A DNA stretch of 64,000 bases from Escherichia coli (GCF_024223415.1 NZ_CP100500.1), one strand, 5' to 3'; shown: positions 38,061 to 47,853, counted from the stretch's first letter. Translations and numbers: made by a program. The notes: generated from the sequence alone by a model not told the origin.

Positions 38061-38760
38061 GAGTTCCCCGCGCTAGCGGGGATAAACCGGCTGGATACCG
38101 ATCAATTCAATATCGTTTTACGAGTTCCCCGCGCTAGCGGGGATAAACCGGAATACCGATTCATAACGGCGGAAATGTGGATGAGTTCCCCGCGCTAGCG
38201 GGGATAAACCGGTTAATGATGTCAGTGGCGGTTTTCGTATCGCGAGTTCCCCGCGCTAGCGGGGATAAACCGAGTGAGGCAATCAAATGACCCGCCCGCA
38301 ATTAGAGTTCCCCGCGCCAGCGGGGATAAACCGTAAATCCCTCGCGCATCGAGTCAAATGTCGGAGAGTTCCCCGCGCCAGCGGGGATAAACCGGTCGCT
38401 GGAACGGGGCGAATAAAGAGGGGCTCGAGTTCCCCGCGCCAGCGGGGATAAACCGACAGCTCTTTCCCGTCGTTATCCAGTTGGTAAGAGTTCCCCGCGC
38501 CAGCGGGGATAAACCATATGATTCACGAATTACAGGAAACCAGCCGCCGAGTTCCCCGCGTCAGCGGGGGTAAACCGCTATCGGGGTGATTCTGCCAATG
38601 CTCAGAGTGGTGTTCCCCGCGCCAGCGGGGATAAACCGAGCGTTTGCTCCGGGTGGAATAACCCTGGCGGGTGTTCCCCGCTCCAGCGGGGATAAACCGT
38701 TTGCTGGAACCCAAAACTCAGCGCACAGGTTGTGTTCCCCGCGCCAGCGGGGATAAACCA
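38061..38760 (+). CRISPR. Type I-E CRISPR array, 12 repeats and 11 spacers (CRISPR2.3-equivalent locus between queE and ygcE)
   Basis: 29-nt repeat GAGTTCCCCGCGCCAGCGGGGATAAACCG with 32-nt spacers at an exact 61-bp period; repeats start at 38061, 38122, 38183, 38244, 38305, 38366, 38427, 38488, 38549, 38610, 38671, 38732; repeats 1 to 4 carry GCGCTAGC, repeats 10 to 12 begin GTGTT, repeats 8 and 12 end in A. Confidence 0.97.
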
Positions 38761-39229
38761 CCATATAACCCGTTATCTCTTTCTCAAGTTTTTATATTAG
38801 CTGTACTTGTAATAAGCAACATATCCACGTAACACCTCATGTTCAAAATAGTTCCCCATGCCAGATAAGTTCACAATTATCGATACAAAAAATTAAATTT
38901 AATCAAAGTGTTATTTGTATAATTCTTAAGCCGTTAAGAAATTTTAATCTATTATTTTTTTAATATTAATTAATGCCTGTTAATTTTTTCTTTAGTATAA
39001 CAGTGTATTTTTTAAGCTTGTTATTCATTGATTAAGTAATAAATCTGGAAATTTGTCTTTGTTTTGAGGCTAATGAGTGGTTTTACATAACCGCCTCTAT
39101 ACGCTGTTGATGAATAGTTCTTATGAATAAAGATATCCAGTTCATACTTTAAGTGAAAATTGATAAAGTGCGATTCGTATTGTCTTTTATTCTAAAGACA
39201 TCGAGTGTAGTTAATATTCCTTGTAAAAA
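38761..39229. other. AT-rich spacer block between the array and the remnant (possible second leader or H-NS-bound region)
   Basis: About 470 bp, strongly AT-rich, no ORF of 60 aa or more. Confidence 0.4.
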
Positions 39230-39351
39230 CAGGGATAAACCGAACTAGTTAAAGTTTTTATTATGTTCCCTGCATCAGCGGGGATAAACCGGACTTGTTA
39301 TCATTTTTTAAGTTGTCGAACTTATGTTCCCCGCGCCAGCGGGGATAACCA
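39230..39351 (+). CRISPR. Degenerate CRISPR remnant (CRISPR2.2-like): one truncated and two degenerate repeats
   Basis: CAGGGATAAACCG (partial), ATGTTCCCTGCATCAGCGGGGATAAACCG (5 mismatches) and ATGTTCCCCGCGCCAGCGGGGATAACCA (1-nt deletion); spacers of 20 and 32 nt. Confidence 0.75.
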
Positions 39352-39397
39352 TTCAGGTATGTTCAGGCCGGGCAGTTTCCCGCCCGGTCTTCCTCAC

Positions 39398-40876
39398 TTA
39401 CGCATTCGACCAGCTCTGGATCGAATCCGCATTCCCCAATTCCCCATGCATCACTTCATACGATTTTTTCAGGATCACATCAGTATGTTTGGTTAGGTCT
39501 TTGAAAATGCCTTTATTCATCGCGTCGTAGCGTTTGGCATTGCTCTCAATCGGTATAAAGATATCTTTCACGCGAACCATTTTATCGACAGCCGTTGCGT
39601 AATCCGGGTATAGCCCCAGACCTACCGCTGTATTAATCGCTGCCCCCAGGCTTGCACAACCGTTAATGGCGTTACGGCGTGCCGGAAGGTTGAACACGTC
39701 GGCAAAAATCTGCATAAACAGATCGCTGTTCGAACCGCCGCCAGTAATGATCACATGCTTTGCAAAGTGATTCATTTCATTACACATATTGTCGTAATTG
39801 TTCTTCAGCGTCAGCGCCACGCTTTCCAGTATAGAACGATATATCCATGCGTAATCCATGCTGGAATCAAAGCCGATCATAATCCCACGTTTGTAGGGTT
39901 CCCACGGGTTGGTCAGCCAGTCCAGCACCGTCATCAGACCATTACAGCCAGGCGGCACACAAGAAGCTTTTTTGTTGAGCAAATCTTCCGGTGAAAGATC
40001 CTGTGCTTTGGCATCCTGAATTAACGACTCGCCTAGCATGTCGCGCAGCCAGCTCACCGTCCACATGCCTTTACGGATACCGTAACCTTCATACAGCAAT
40101 GTTTGCGGAATAGAAGACATAATCGGCCAGTACGCCACCGGATCTTTCGGCAGTGCTTTGCCGTTCATCATCAATGCGATGTAAGTGCCAAGAGAAATTA
40201 CCGCCGTTTCATCATCCAGTAATCCGGCCCCCAGAGCTTCTACCGGTTTATCACTGGTGGTACAAACAACCGGCAGTCCTGCCGGGAAATGTGTCGCCAG
40301 TGCGGCTTGTGGTGTGATATGTCCGAGGACGGTGCCAGGCATTTGCACATCAAACAGCATATGACGGGGGATATTAAACTTATCCATTACCGCAGCATCT
40401 TCACTCCATGCCCAGCTCTTATAATCCACCGGCCACTGACCAAAATAGTTGGAGATATTGTCTTTAAACTCGCCGGTTAAGCGATGCGTCAGATAACCCG
40501 AAAAAGAGGTGACATAGGCCACGTCAGGATTAGTGTGTTCGTAGGGACGCGTTACGCGTGCATCCTGCCAGCTAATCAATGGCGCAGCTGGCGTGCCATC
40601 GGCTTTCAATAACGCACGGCAGCAACGGATGGATCCCAGACCAATACCGACAATATCTTCTTTATTCCCGGCAAACTGACTCATCAAATCGTGACCGGCA
40701 AAACATAATGATGCCCATAAATCGTCGTCAGGATGTTCTGCGGTATCGGCATCTGGCGTGTGCATCGGCTGCAATAAGCCTTTACCTTCGCAAACCACAT
40801 TACCTTCCAGATCGTACATCACCACTTTTGTGCTCTGACTTCCGCCATCAATCCCTATGATGTATTTTTTCGACAT
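39398..40876 (-). CDS. ygcE: FGGY-family carbohydrate kinase YgcE
   Basis: 492-aa ORF MSKKYIIGIDGGSQSTKVVMYDLEGNVV... (FGGY N- and C-terminal domains). Confidence 0.88.
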   Translation of the reverse strand: MSKKYIIGIDGGSQSTKVVMYDLEGNVVCEGKGLLQPMHTPDADTAEHPDDDLWASLCFAGHDLMSQFAGNKEDIVGIGLGSIRCCRALLKADGTPAAPLISWQDARVTRPYEHTNPDVAYVTSFSGYLTHRLTGEFKDNISNYFGQWPVDYKSWAWSEDAAVMDKFNIPRHMLFDVQMPGTVLGHITPQAALATHFPAGLPVVCTTSDKPVEALGAGLLDDETAVISLGTYIALMMNGKALPKDPVAYWPIMSSIPQTLLYEGYGIRKGMWTVSWLRDMLGESLIQDAKAQDLSPEDLLNKKASCVPPGCNGLMTVLDWLTNPWEPYKRGIMIGFDSSMDYAWIYRSILESVALTLKNNYDNMCNEMNHFAKHVIITGGGSNSDLFMQIFADVFNLPARRNAINGCASLGAAINTAVGLGLYPDYATAVDKMVRVKDIFIPIESNAKRYDAMNKGIFKDLTKHTDVILKKSYEVMHGELGNADSIQSWSNA

Positions 40877-40902
40877 GATTTTTCTCCTGTAATTTTCCTG
40901 GC

Positions 40903-42180
40903 TTACTTGCTGCTAGCTATTGCGGGGGCGCTATCAGCAGTACGAATTTTTTGGAACAGCAAAAAGGTAAAGACAATCACCATGGCAAGCGCCGCCATGC
41001 CCATCAGCCACATATTGCGGTAGGCTTCTGCTGCGGGCAGGGTGTCTTGCCAGTGGCCGATAATGGGGTAAACGAAGACATCCGGCAGGAATCCAATCAC
41101 CGAACAAATACCTACCGTGGTGCCCATAATGTAAGACGGTGTTCTCGCTTCGCCAGGGCAGGCCCAGTACAGCCCGCGTGAGGCGTAACAGGTGAATCCC
41201 AGCAGTAAAATCAGGCCAATCCCCATCGCGACCGATTGCGGGTTAGAGTTCGTGACGAGCAGGGCAGTCAGTGCCAGCAGGCCGATGATGGAAAGGATTT
41301 GAATCACGCGGGTAGGGGATTTCACTTTGCTGTAGGTGGTGATTATGCCGCCAAGTGGGCCGCACAGCGCGCGGAATATTTTGTTGATCACAATCCCCAT
41401 GTAGCTCGCCGCCACCAGCGACATGCCGTACATTTCGGTCAGATAGTTGGTGGAGTAACTCAGAATGGCGTAGATGGTGAAGACACCAAAAATCACCATG
41501 CTGCAATACCAGGTGGTGCTGATGCGCAAAACGGCCAGGATGTCGCTAAGCTGGAATGATTGTTTTTCTTCGTTATTGGCACTGCGCAGGTTGTTGTTAT
41601 CGCTAACAAAAAACCAGCACAGAATCCCCAACAAGATGTAAACCACACTGTAGATGATAATGACCGTTTTCAGGCTGGCGCTGTCATCCGGTGCAAAGCG
41701 AGAAAAAACCCACATGGTAAACACTGCCAGCGACATTACACCGACGCCGCGCAGCCCTTCCATCCAGCCCATAATTTTCCCTTGCTCGCTATGATCGCCA
41801 AGCAACGATGCGGCTTTAATCGACACCGACCACAGCATTAAAATCGTTGTTATCGCAAAGGCGACCTGAATACAGAGCATTACCCACAGCGGTGGATACG
41901 TTGCCATTAACAGACCCAGTAATCCGGTAATGATCATCGCGGAAGTAATCATTTTGCGGTGTGAAAATTTATCGGCAATAACGCCGCTGGGGGCATAAAG
42001 AATAATAGCCGCAATACCAAAGGTACTCATTATTAAACCTATCTCGGTATTGCTGAATCCCATAAATTTCGCCATGGGAATTTGATAAATATAACGTAAA
42101 TAAGCCAGGTCGAAACTAACGCCGCCGCTAAAACTAATTATCGCGAGGGTTATCCAACGGCGATATGAGTTGTGTTGCAT
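40903..42180 (-). CDS. yqcE: MFS transporter YqcE
   Basis: 425-aa polytopic ORF. Confidence 0.88.
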   Translation of the reverse strand: MQHNSYRRWITLAIISFSGGVSFDLAYLRYIYQIPMAKFMGFSNTEIGLIMSTFGIAAIILYAPSGVIADKFSHRKMITSAMIITGLLGLLMATYPPLWVMLCIQVAFAITTILMLWSVSIKAASLLGDHSEQGKIMGWMEGLRGVGVMSLAVFTMWVFSRFAPDDSASLKTVIIIYSVVYILLGILCWFFVSDNNNLRSANNEEKQSFQLSDILAVLRISTTWYCSMVIFGVFTIYAILSYSTNYLTEMYGMSLVAASYMGIVINKIFRALCGPLGGIITTYSKVKSPTRVIQILSIIGLLALTALLVTNSNPQSVAMGIGLILLLGFTCYASRGLYWACPGEARTPSYIMGTTVGICSVIGFLPDVFVYPIIGHWQDTLPAAEAYRNMWLMGMAALAMVIVFTFLLFQKIRTADSAPAIASSK

Positions 42181-42358
42181 ATCGTATTCCCATTTGTAAT
42201 AGACAAAAAAAAGAGAAAAGTAAGCCGCCCTTTCAGGTGGATTACTTTTCTCAGGTCTCTAGTAATTGAAATAATAAATAACATGGAAAGCAGAGGTGTT
42301 GTGTGAGAGTAATCACGCTTCTGCTTTTTAAAACTATTTGATAATACGAATATCACAC

Positions 42359-42374
42359 TGTGATTACGATCACA
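42359..42374. promoter_or_regulatory. CRP-like site in the yqcE / ygcW divergent region
   Basis: TGTGAttacgaTCACA, perfect consensus half-sites, overlapped by a second palindrome TCACAcTGTGA at 42353..42363. Confidence 0.55.
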
Positions 42375-42427
42375 TTAGCAGTTATGTCCTTATGCTAAAA
42401 ATTATCTCCAGTTACCAGAGATAATGA

Positions 42428-42474
42428 GAAAGGTAACTTCCCTCTCGCGGGGGAAGTTACCTTTCTTTTTTTTT
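42428..42474 (+). terminator. Strong intrinsic terminator in the ygcW leader (candidate attenuator or antitermination target)
   Basis: GAAAGGTAACTTCCC-tctcgcgg-GGGAAGTTACCTTTC, 15-bp perfect stem followed by 9 consecutive T; ends 24 nt before the ygcW start codon. Confidence 0.8.
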
Positions 42475-42498
42475 GCCTTACGGAAATTGGAGCTAACT

Positions 42499-43284
42499 AT
42501 GTCAATCGAATCTCTCAATGCGTTCTCAATGGATTTTTTTTCCCTGAAAGGTAAAACCGCAATTGTTACCGGCGGGAATAGCGGTTTAGGCCAGGCATTT
42601 GCCATGGCGTTGGCCAAAGCAGGCGCAAATGTCTTTATTCCAAGTTTTGTCAAAGATAACGGCGAAACAAAGGAAATGATTGAAAATCAGGGTGTTGAGG
42701 TGGACTTCATGCAGGTGGATATCACCGCAGAAGGCGCGCCGCAGAAGATTATCGCTGCCTGCTGTGAGCGTTTCGGTACAGTTGATATTCTGGTTAACAA
42801 TGCCGGTATTTGTAAGCTGAATAAGGTGCTGGACTTCGGTCGTGCCGACTGGGACCCGATGATTGATGTGAACCTGACCGCCGCATTCGAGTTAAGCTAC
42901 GAAGCGGCAAAAATTATGATCCCGCAGAAAAGCGGTAAAATCATTAATATCTGTTCATTGTTCTCTTACTTAGGTGGACAATGGTCACCTGCATATTCTG
43001 CTACTAAACATGCTCTTGCCGGATTCACCAAAGCTTATTGTGATGAACTAGGTCAATATAATATTCAGGTAAATGGTATCGCCCCTGGCTATTATGCAAC
43101 AGATATTACGCTGGCGACACGCAGTAATCCAGAAACCAATCAGCGCGTTCTTGATCATATTCCGGCAAACCGTTGGGGCGATACTCAAGATTTAATGGGC
43201 GCAGCCGTATTCCTCGCAAGTCAGGCATCGAATTATGTCAACGGGCATTTATTAGTGGTCGATGGCGGTTATTTAGTGCGCTAA
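42499..43284 (+). CDS. ygcW: Short-chain dehydrogenase/reductase YgcW (KduD-like)
   Basis: ORF track begins at 42424 and translates the terminator (PFFFF); the ATG at 42499 (MSIESLNAFSMDFFSLKGKTAIVTGGNSGLG, 261 aa) has a GGAG SD; Rossmann TGGxxGxG motif. Confidence 0.88.
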   Translation: MSIESLNAFSMDFFSLKGKTAIVTGGNSGLGQAFAMALAKAGANVFIPSFVKDNGETKEMIENQGVEVDFMQVDITAEGAPQKIIAACCERFGTVDILVNNAGICKLNKVLDFGRADWDPMIDVNLTAAFELSYEAAKIMIPQKSGKIINICSLFSYLGGQWSPAYSATKHALAGFTKAYCDELGQYNIQVNGIAPGYYATDITLATRSNPETNQRVLDHIPANRWGDTQDLMGAAVFLASQASNYVNGHLLVVDGGYLVR

Positions 43285-43353
43285 CCCATAACGGTGGTTT
43301 CTGTTTTCTCTTATTAATGATTATTCCATTTTTATTATCAGGAAGGAATTACT

Positions 43354-44808
43354 ATGTCTTTATCTCGCGCAGCGATTGTCGACCAGCTAAAGGAAATTGT
43401 TGGTGCAGATCGCGTAATTACCGATGAAACAGTATTAAAGAAGAACAGTATTGACCGTTTTCGTAAATTTCCGGATATTCATGGTATTTATACTTTGCCG
43501 ATTCCGGCTGCGGTCGTAAAACTCGGTTCCACAGAACAAGTCTCCCGTGTGCTGAATTTTATGAATGCGCACAAAATTAACGGTGTGCCGCGTACCGGTG
43601 CTTCCGCCACCGAAGGTGGGCTGGAAACTGTTGTAGAAAACTCGGTGGTGCTCGACGGCTCCGCCATGAATCAAATCATTAATATTGATATTGAGAATAT
43701 GCAGGCGACGGCGCAATGTGGCGTTCCCCTGGAAGTGCTGGAAAACGCGTTGCGTGAAAAAGGTTACACCACGGGGCACTCTCCGCAGTCAAAGCCGCTG
43801 GCGCAGATGGGCGGCCTGGTAGCAACCCGCAGTATCGGGCAGTTCTCCACACTCTACGGTGCAATCGAAGATATGGTCGTTGGTCTGGAAGCAGTATTGG
43901 CTGATGGCACCGTCACACGCATTAAAAACGTGCCACGCCGCGCGGCTGGCCCGGACATTCGTCACATCATCATCGGCAACGAAGGTGCATTGTGCTATAT
44001 CACTGAAGTAACAGTGAAAATCTTTAAATTCACCCCGGAAAACAACCTCTTCTACGGCTATATCCTGGAAGACATGAAAACCGGCTTCAACATCCTGCGT
44101 GAAATCATGGTGGAAGGGTATCGTCCGTCGATCGCTCGTTTGTATGACGCTGAAGATGGCACCCAACACTTCACCCATTTTGCCGACGGAAAATGTGTGC
44201 TGATCTTTATGGCTGAAGGTAACCCTCGCATTGCGAAGGCGACGGGCGAAGGGATTGCGGAAATCGTTGCCCGCTACCCGCAATGCCAACGCGTGGACAG
44301 CAAGCTGATCGAAACCTGGTTTAACAACCTGAACTGGGGACCGGATAAAGTGGCTGCCGAACGTGTGCAGATCCTCAAAACCGGCAACATGGGCTTTACT
44401 ACCGAAGTGTCCGGCTGCTGGAGCTGCATCCACGAAATCTACGAAAGCGTTATTAACCGTATTCGTACCGAGTTCCCGCACGCCGACGACATCACTATGC
44501 TGGGCGGTCACTCCTCTCATAGCTATCAGAACGGCACCAACATGTACTTCGTCTACGACTACAACGTTGTCAACTGTAAGCCGGAAGAGGAAATCGACAA
44601 GTACCACAATCCGCTCAACAAAATCATCTGCGAAGAAACCATTCGCCTCGGCGGTTCGATGGTGCACCACCACGGTATCGGTAAACATCGCGTTCACTGG
44701 AGCAAACTGGAACACGGCAGCGCGTGGGCGTTGCTGGAAGGGCTGAAAAAGCAGTTCGATCCTAATGGCATTATGAATACGGGTACTATCTATCCGATTG
44801 AAAAATAA
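43354..44808 (+). CDS. ygcU: FAD-linked oxidase/dehydrogenase YgcU
   Basis: 484-aa ORF with FAD-binding PCMH-type domain (GlcD / alkyl-DHAP synthase-like). Confidence 0.88.
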   Translation: MSLSRAAIVDQLKEIVGADRVITDETVLKKNSIDRFRKFPDIHGIYTLPIPAAVVKLGSTEQVSRVLNFMNAHKINGVPRTGASATEGGLETVVENSVVLDGSAMNQIINIDIENMQATAQCGVPLEVLENALREKGYTTGHSPQSKPLAQMGGLVATRSIGQFSTLYGAIEDMVVGLEAVLADGTVTRIKNVPRRAAGPDIRHIIIGNEGALCYITEVTVKIFKFTPENNLFYGYILEDMKTGFNILREIMVEGYRPSIARLYDAEDGTQHFTHFADGKCVLIFMAEGNPRIAKATGEGIAEIVARYPQCQRVDSKLIETWFNNLNWGPDKVAAERVQILKTGNMGFTTEVSGCWSCIHEIYESVINRIRTEFPHADDITMLGGHSSHSYQNGTNMYFVYDYNVVNCKPEEEIDKYHNPLNKIICEETIRLGGSMVHHHGIGKHRVHWSKLEHGSAWALLEGLKKQFDPNGIMNTGTIYPIEK

Positions 44809-44849
44809 TGTGTCAGGCAGCGTTCCGCGATGACGGGGCGTTGCCTTTT

Positions 44850-44879
44850 CGGCTTCTCAGGCGAGAAGCCGTTCTTATT
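44850..44879 (+). terminator. Intercistronic hairpin with T-rich tail between ygcU and ygcS
   Basis: CGGCTTCTC-aggc-GAGAAGCCG, 9-bp stem followed by TTCTTATT. Confidence 0.5.
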
Positions 44880-44901
44880 ACCGGACAATGAAGGGGTAAA
44901 G

Positions 44902-46239
44902 ATGAACACTTCACCGGTGCGAATGGATGATTTACCGCTTAACCGTTTTCACTGCCGCATTGCTGCGCTCACTTTCGGCGCACACCTGACCGACGGTTAT
45001 GTTCTCGGCGTCATTGGTTACGCCATTATTCAGCTTACGCCCGCCATGCAACTGACGCCGTTTATGGCGGGAATGATCGGCGGCTCGGCGCTCCTTGGTT
45101 TGTTTCTTGGCAGCCTGGTTCTTGGGTGGATCTCCGACCATATTGGTCGGCAAAAAATCTTCACCTTCAGCTTTTTGCTGATTACGCTCGCTTCGTTCTT
45201 GCAATTTTTTGCCACCACGCCAGAGCATCTTATTGGGCTGCGCATTTTGATCGGCATTGGTCTGGGAGGCGATTACTCAGTAGGTCACACCTTGCTGGCT
45301 GAATTTTCCCCGCGCCGCCATCGCGGTATTTTGCTGGGCGCATTCAGCGTGGTGTGGACCGTAGGCTATGTGTTGGCAAGTATTGCCGGACATCACTTTA
45401 TTAGCGAAAGCCCGGAGGCCTGGCGCTGGCTGCTGGCATCGGCAGCTCTGCCCGCGTTGTTGATTACGTTATTACGCTGGGGAACGCCAGAATCGCCACG
45501 CTGGCTACTGCGCCAGGGGCGTTTTGCAGAAGCTCACGCTATCGTGCATCGCTATTTTGGTCCCCATGTTTTACTGGGCGATGAAGTGGCAACGGCGACC
45601 CATAAACACATCAAAACCTTGTTCTCTTCGCGCTACTGGCGGCGCACGGCGTTTAACAGCGTCTTCTTTGTCTGCCTCGTAATCCCATGGTTTGTGATTT
45701 ATACCTGGCTGCCAACTATCGCCCAGACTATTGGACTGGAAGATGCGCTGACTGCCAGCCTGATGCTTAATGCGTTGTTAATTGTGGGCGCGCTGCTGGG
45801 ATTAGTTCTGACGCACCTGCTGGCACATCGCAAGTTTTTGCTGGGAAGTTTTTTGCTGCTGGCGGCAACGCTGGTAGTGATGGCCTGTTTGCCTTCCGGC
45901 AGTTCATTAACGCTACTGCTTTTTGTTCTCTTCAGCACCACCATTTCGGCAGTCAGTAATCTGGTGGGCATTTTGCCTGCGGAAAGTTTTCCTACTGACA
46001 TTCGCTCGCTGGGCGTCGGTTTTGCCACCGCCATGAGTCGGTTGGGGGCGGCGGTAAGTACTGGCCTGCTGCCGTGGGTGCTGGCGCAGTGGGGAATGCA
46101 AGTCACCTTATTGCTCCTGGCGGCAGTGTTGTTGGTTGGTTTTGTTGTGACCTGGCTATGGGCACCAGAAACCAAAGCCCTCCCGCTGGTGGCGGCGGGA
46201 AATGTAGGAGGTGCGAATGAACATTCTGTTAGCGTTTAA
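44902..46239 (+). CDS. ygcS: MFS transporter YgcS
   Basis: ATG at 44902 with AAGGGG SD (MNTSPVRMDDLPLNRFH..., 445 aa); the ORF track start at 44830 is an upstream extension. Confidence 0.88.
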   Translation: MNTSPVRMDDLPLNRFHCRIAALTFGAHLTDGYVLGVIGYAIIQLTPAMQLTPFMAGMIGGSALLGLFLGSLVLGWISDHIGRQKIFTFSFLLITLASFLQFFATTPEHLIGLRILIGIGLGGDYSVGHTLLAEFSPRRHRGILLGAFSVVWTVGYVLASIAGHHFISESPEAWRWLLASAALPALLITLLRWGTPESPRWLLRQGRFAEAHAIVHRYFGPHVLLGDEVATATHKHIKTLFSSRYWRRTAFNSVFFVCLVIPWFVIYTWLPTIAQTIGLEDALTASLMLNALLIVGALLGLVLTHLLAHRKFLLGSFLLLAATLVVMACLPSGSSLTLLLFVLFSTTISAVSNLVGILPAESFPTDIRSLGVGFATAMSRLGAAVSTGLLPWVLAQWGMQVTLLLLAAVLLVGFVVTWLWAPETKALPLVAAGNVGGANEHSVSV

Positions 46240-46996
46240 AGCCGAACCGGATGCCGGAATGCTGGCGGAAAAAGAGTGGCAGGCGGCGGCTCAGGGTAAT
46301 AGCGGACCGGATGTTTCGCTACTGCGAAGTTTACTCGGTGCTGATGAACAGGCTGCCGCCGCGCTGCTGTTGGCGCAGAGAAAAAACGGTACGCCGATGT
46401 CTTTAACCGCGTTGAGCATGGGGGATGAACGGGCGTTACACTGGCTGCGCTATCTCATGGCTCTTGGGTTTGAGGAAGCTGTATTGCTGGAGACGGCGGC
46501 AGATCTGCGCTTTGCGTCGGAATTTGTCGCTCGCCATATTGCCGAATGGCAGCGTCAGAATCCGCTGGATCTGATAATTACCGGCTGCCAAAGCAGCGAA
46601 GGGCAGAATGGGCAAACGCCATTTTTGCTGGCGGAAATGCTGGGCTGGCCCTGCTTCACCCAGGTGGAGCGTTTCACTCTCGACGCGCTGTTTATCACCC
46701 TCGAACAGCGTACTGAACATGGGCTGCGCTGTTGCCGGGTTCGCTTGCCTGCGGTGATTGCCGTGCGTCAGTGCGGTGAAGTGGCCTTGCCAGTACCGGG
46801 AATGCGCCAGCGAATGGCTGCGGGGAAAGCGGAAATTATCCGTAAAACTGTTGCTGCCGAATTGCCAGCGATGCAGTGTCTGCAACTGGCAAGAGCAGAG
46901 CAACGACGCGGAGCGACGCTGATTGATGGGCAAACGGTAGCAGAAAAAGCGCAAAAGCTATGGCAGAACTATTTACGCCAAAGGATGCAGCCATGA
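46217..46996 (+). CDS. ygcR: Electron transfer flavoprotein beta-subunit-like (FixA-like) YgcR
   Basis: ATG at 46217 with AGGAGG SD (MNILLAFKAEPDAGML..., 259 aa); overlaps the ygcS 3' end. Confidence 0.85.
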   Translation: MNILLAFKAEPDAGMLAEKEWQAAAQGNSGPDVSLLRSLLGADEQAAAALLLAQRKNGTPMSLTALSMGDERALHWLRYLMALGFEEAVLLETAADLRFASEFVARHIAEWQRQNPLDLIITGCQSSEGQNGQTPFLLAEMLGWPCFTQVERFTLDALFITLEQRTEHGLRCCRVRLPAVIAVRQCGEVALPVPGMRQRMAAGKAEIIRKTVAAELPAMQCLQLARAEQRRGATLIDGQTVAEKAQKLWQNYLRQRMQP

Positions 46997-47853
46997 ATAT
47001 CGCAATTGTGACAATAAATCAGGAGAATGCCGCAATAGCAAGCTGGCTGGCGGCACAGGATTTCAGCGGTTGTACCCTGGCGCACTGGCAGATTGAACCT
47101 CAGCCTGTAGTGGCGGAACAGGTGCTGGATGCGTTGGTGGAACAGTGGCAGCGAACGCCTGCGGACGTTGTTCTCTTTCCGCCGGGAACGTTTGGCGATG
47201 AACTGTCGACCCGGCTGGCCTGGCGTTTACATGGTGCAAGCATCTGCCAGGTGACTTCGTTAGAGATTCCAATCGTAAGCGTGCGCAAATCCCACTGGGG
47301 AAATGCGCTAACGGCGACGCTGCAAACAGAAAAACGCCCGCTATGTCTTTCCCTGGCGCGCCAGGCGGGAGCAGATAAAAATGCCACGTTGCCCTCTGGT
47401 ATTCAGCAACTGAACATAGTCCCAGGTGCGCTTCCGGACTGGCTGGTTAGCATAGAGAACCTGAAAAATGTTAGCCGCGACCCATTAGCTGAGGCCAGAC
47501 GGGTGTTGGTGGTAGGGCAGGGCGGAGAGGCAGATAACCAGGAAATCGCTATGCTGGCAGAAAAGCTGGGAGCCGAAGTGGGCTACAGTCGGGCGCGAGT
47601 GATGAACGGTGGCGTTGATGCTGAAAAAGTGATTGGTATTTCCGGACATCTGCTGGCACCTGAGGTGTGTATTGTTGTTGGCGCTTCTGGCGCAGCAGCG
47701 TTAATGGCGGGCGTGCGCAATAGCAAGTTTGTGGTGGCGATTAATCATGACGCCAGCGCTGCGGTATTTTCACAGGCAGATGTTGGCGTGGTTGATGACT
47801 GGAAAGTGGTGCTGGAGGCACTGGTGACAAACATTCACGCAGATTGCCAATAA
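46993..47853 (+). CDS. ygcQ: Electron transfer flavoprotein alpha-subunit-like (FixB-like) YgcQ
   Basis: ATG at 46993 (MNIAIVTINQENAAIASW..., 286 aa); 4-bp overlap with ygcR. Confidence 0.85.
   Translation: MNIAIVTINQENAAIASWLAAQDFSGCTLAHWQIEPQPVVAEQVLDALVEQWQRTPADVVLFPPGTFGDELSTRLAWRLHGASICQVTSLEIPIVSVRKSHWGNALTATLQTEKRPLCLSLARQAGADKNATLPSGIQQLNIVPGALPDWLVSIENLKNVSRDPLAEARRVLVVGQGGEADNQEIAMLAEKLGAEVGYSRARVMNGGVDAEKVIGISGHLLAPEVCIVVGASGAAALMAGVRNSKFVVAINHDASAAVFSQADVGVVDDWKVVLEALVTNIHADCQ

Noticed and set aside
39366-39389. Hairpin just beyond the ygcE stop as an intrinsic terminator
   Set aside because: Stem is present but there is no U tract on the transcribed strand; it may be part of the adjacent CRISPR remnant flank
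42424-42498. N-terminal extension of the ygcW ORF (MRKVTSLSRGKLPFFFFALRKLELT)
   Set aside because: These codons are the stem and U tract of an intrinsic terminator; the downstream ATG at 42499 has the SD
43789-44715. 308-aa minus-strand ORF inside ygcU
   Set aside because: Antisense shadow ORF; the forward frame carries a coherent FAD-oxidase fold
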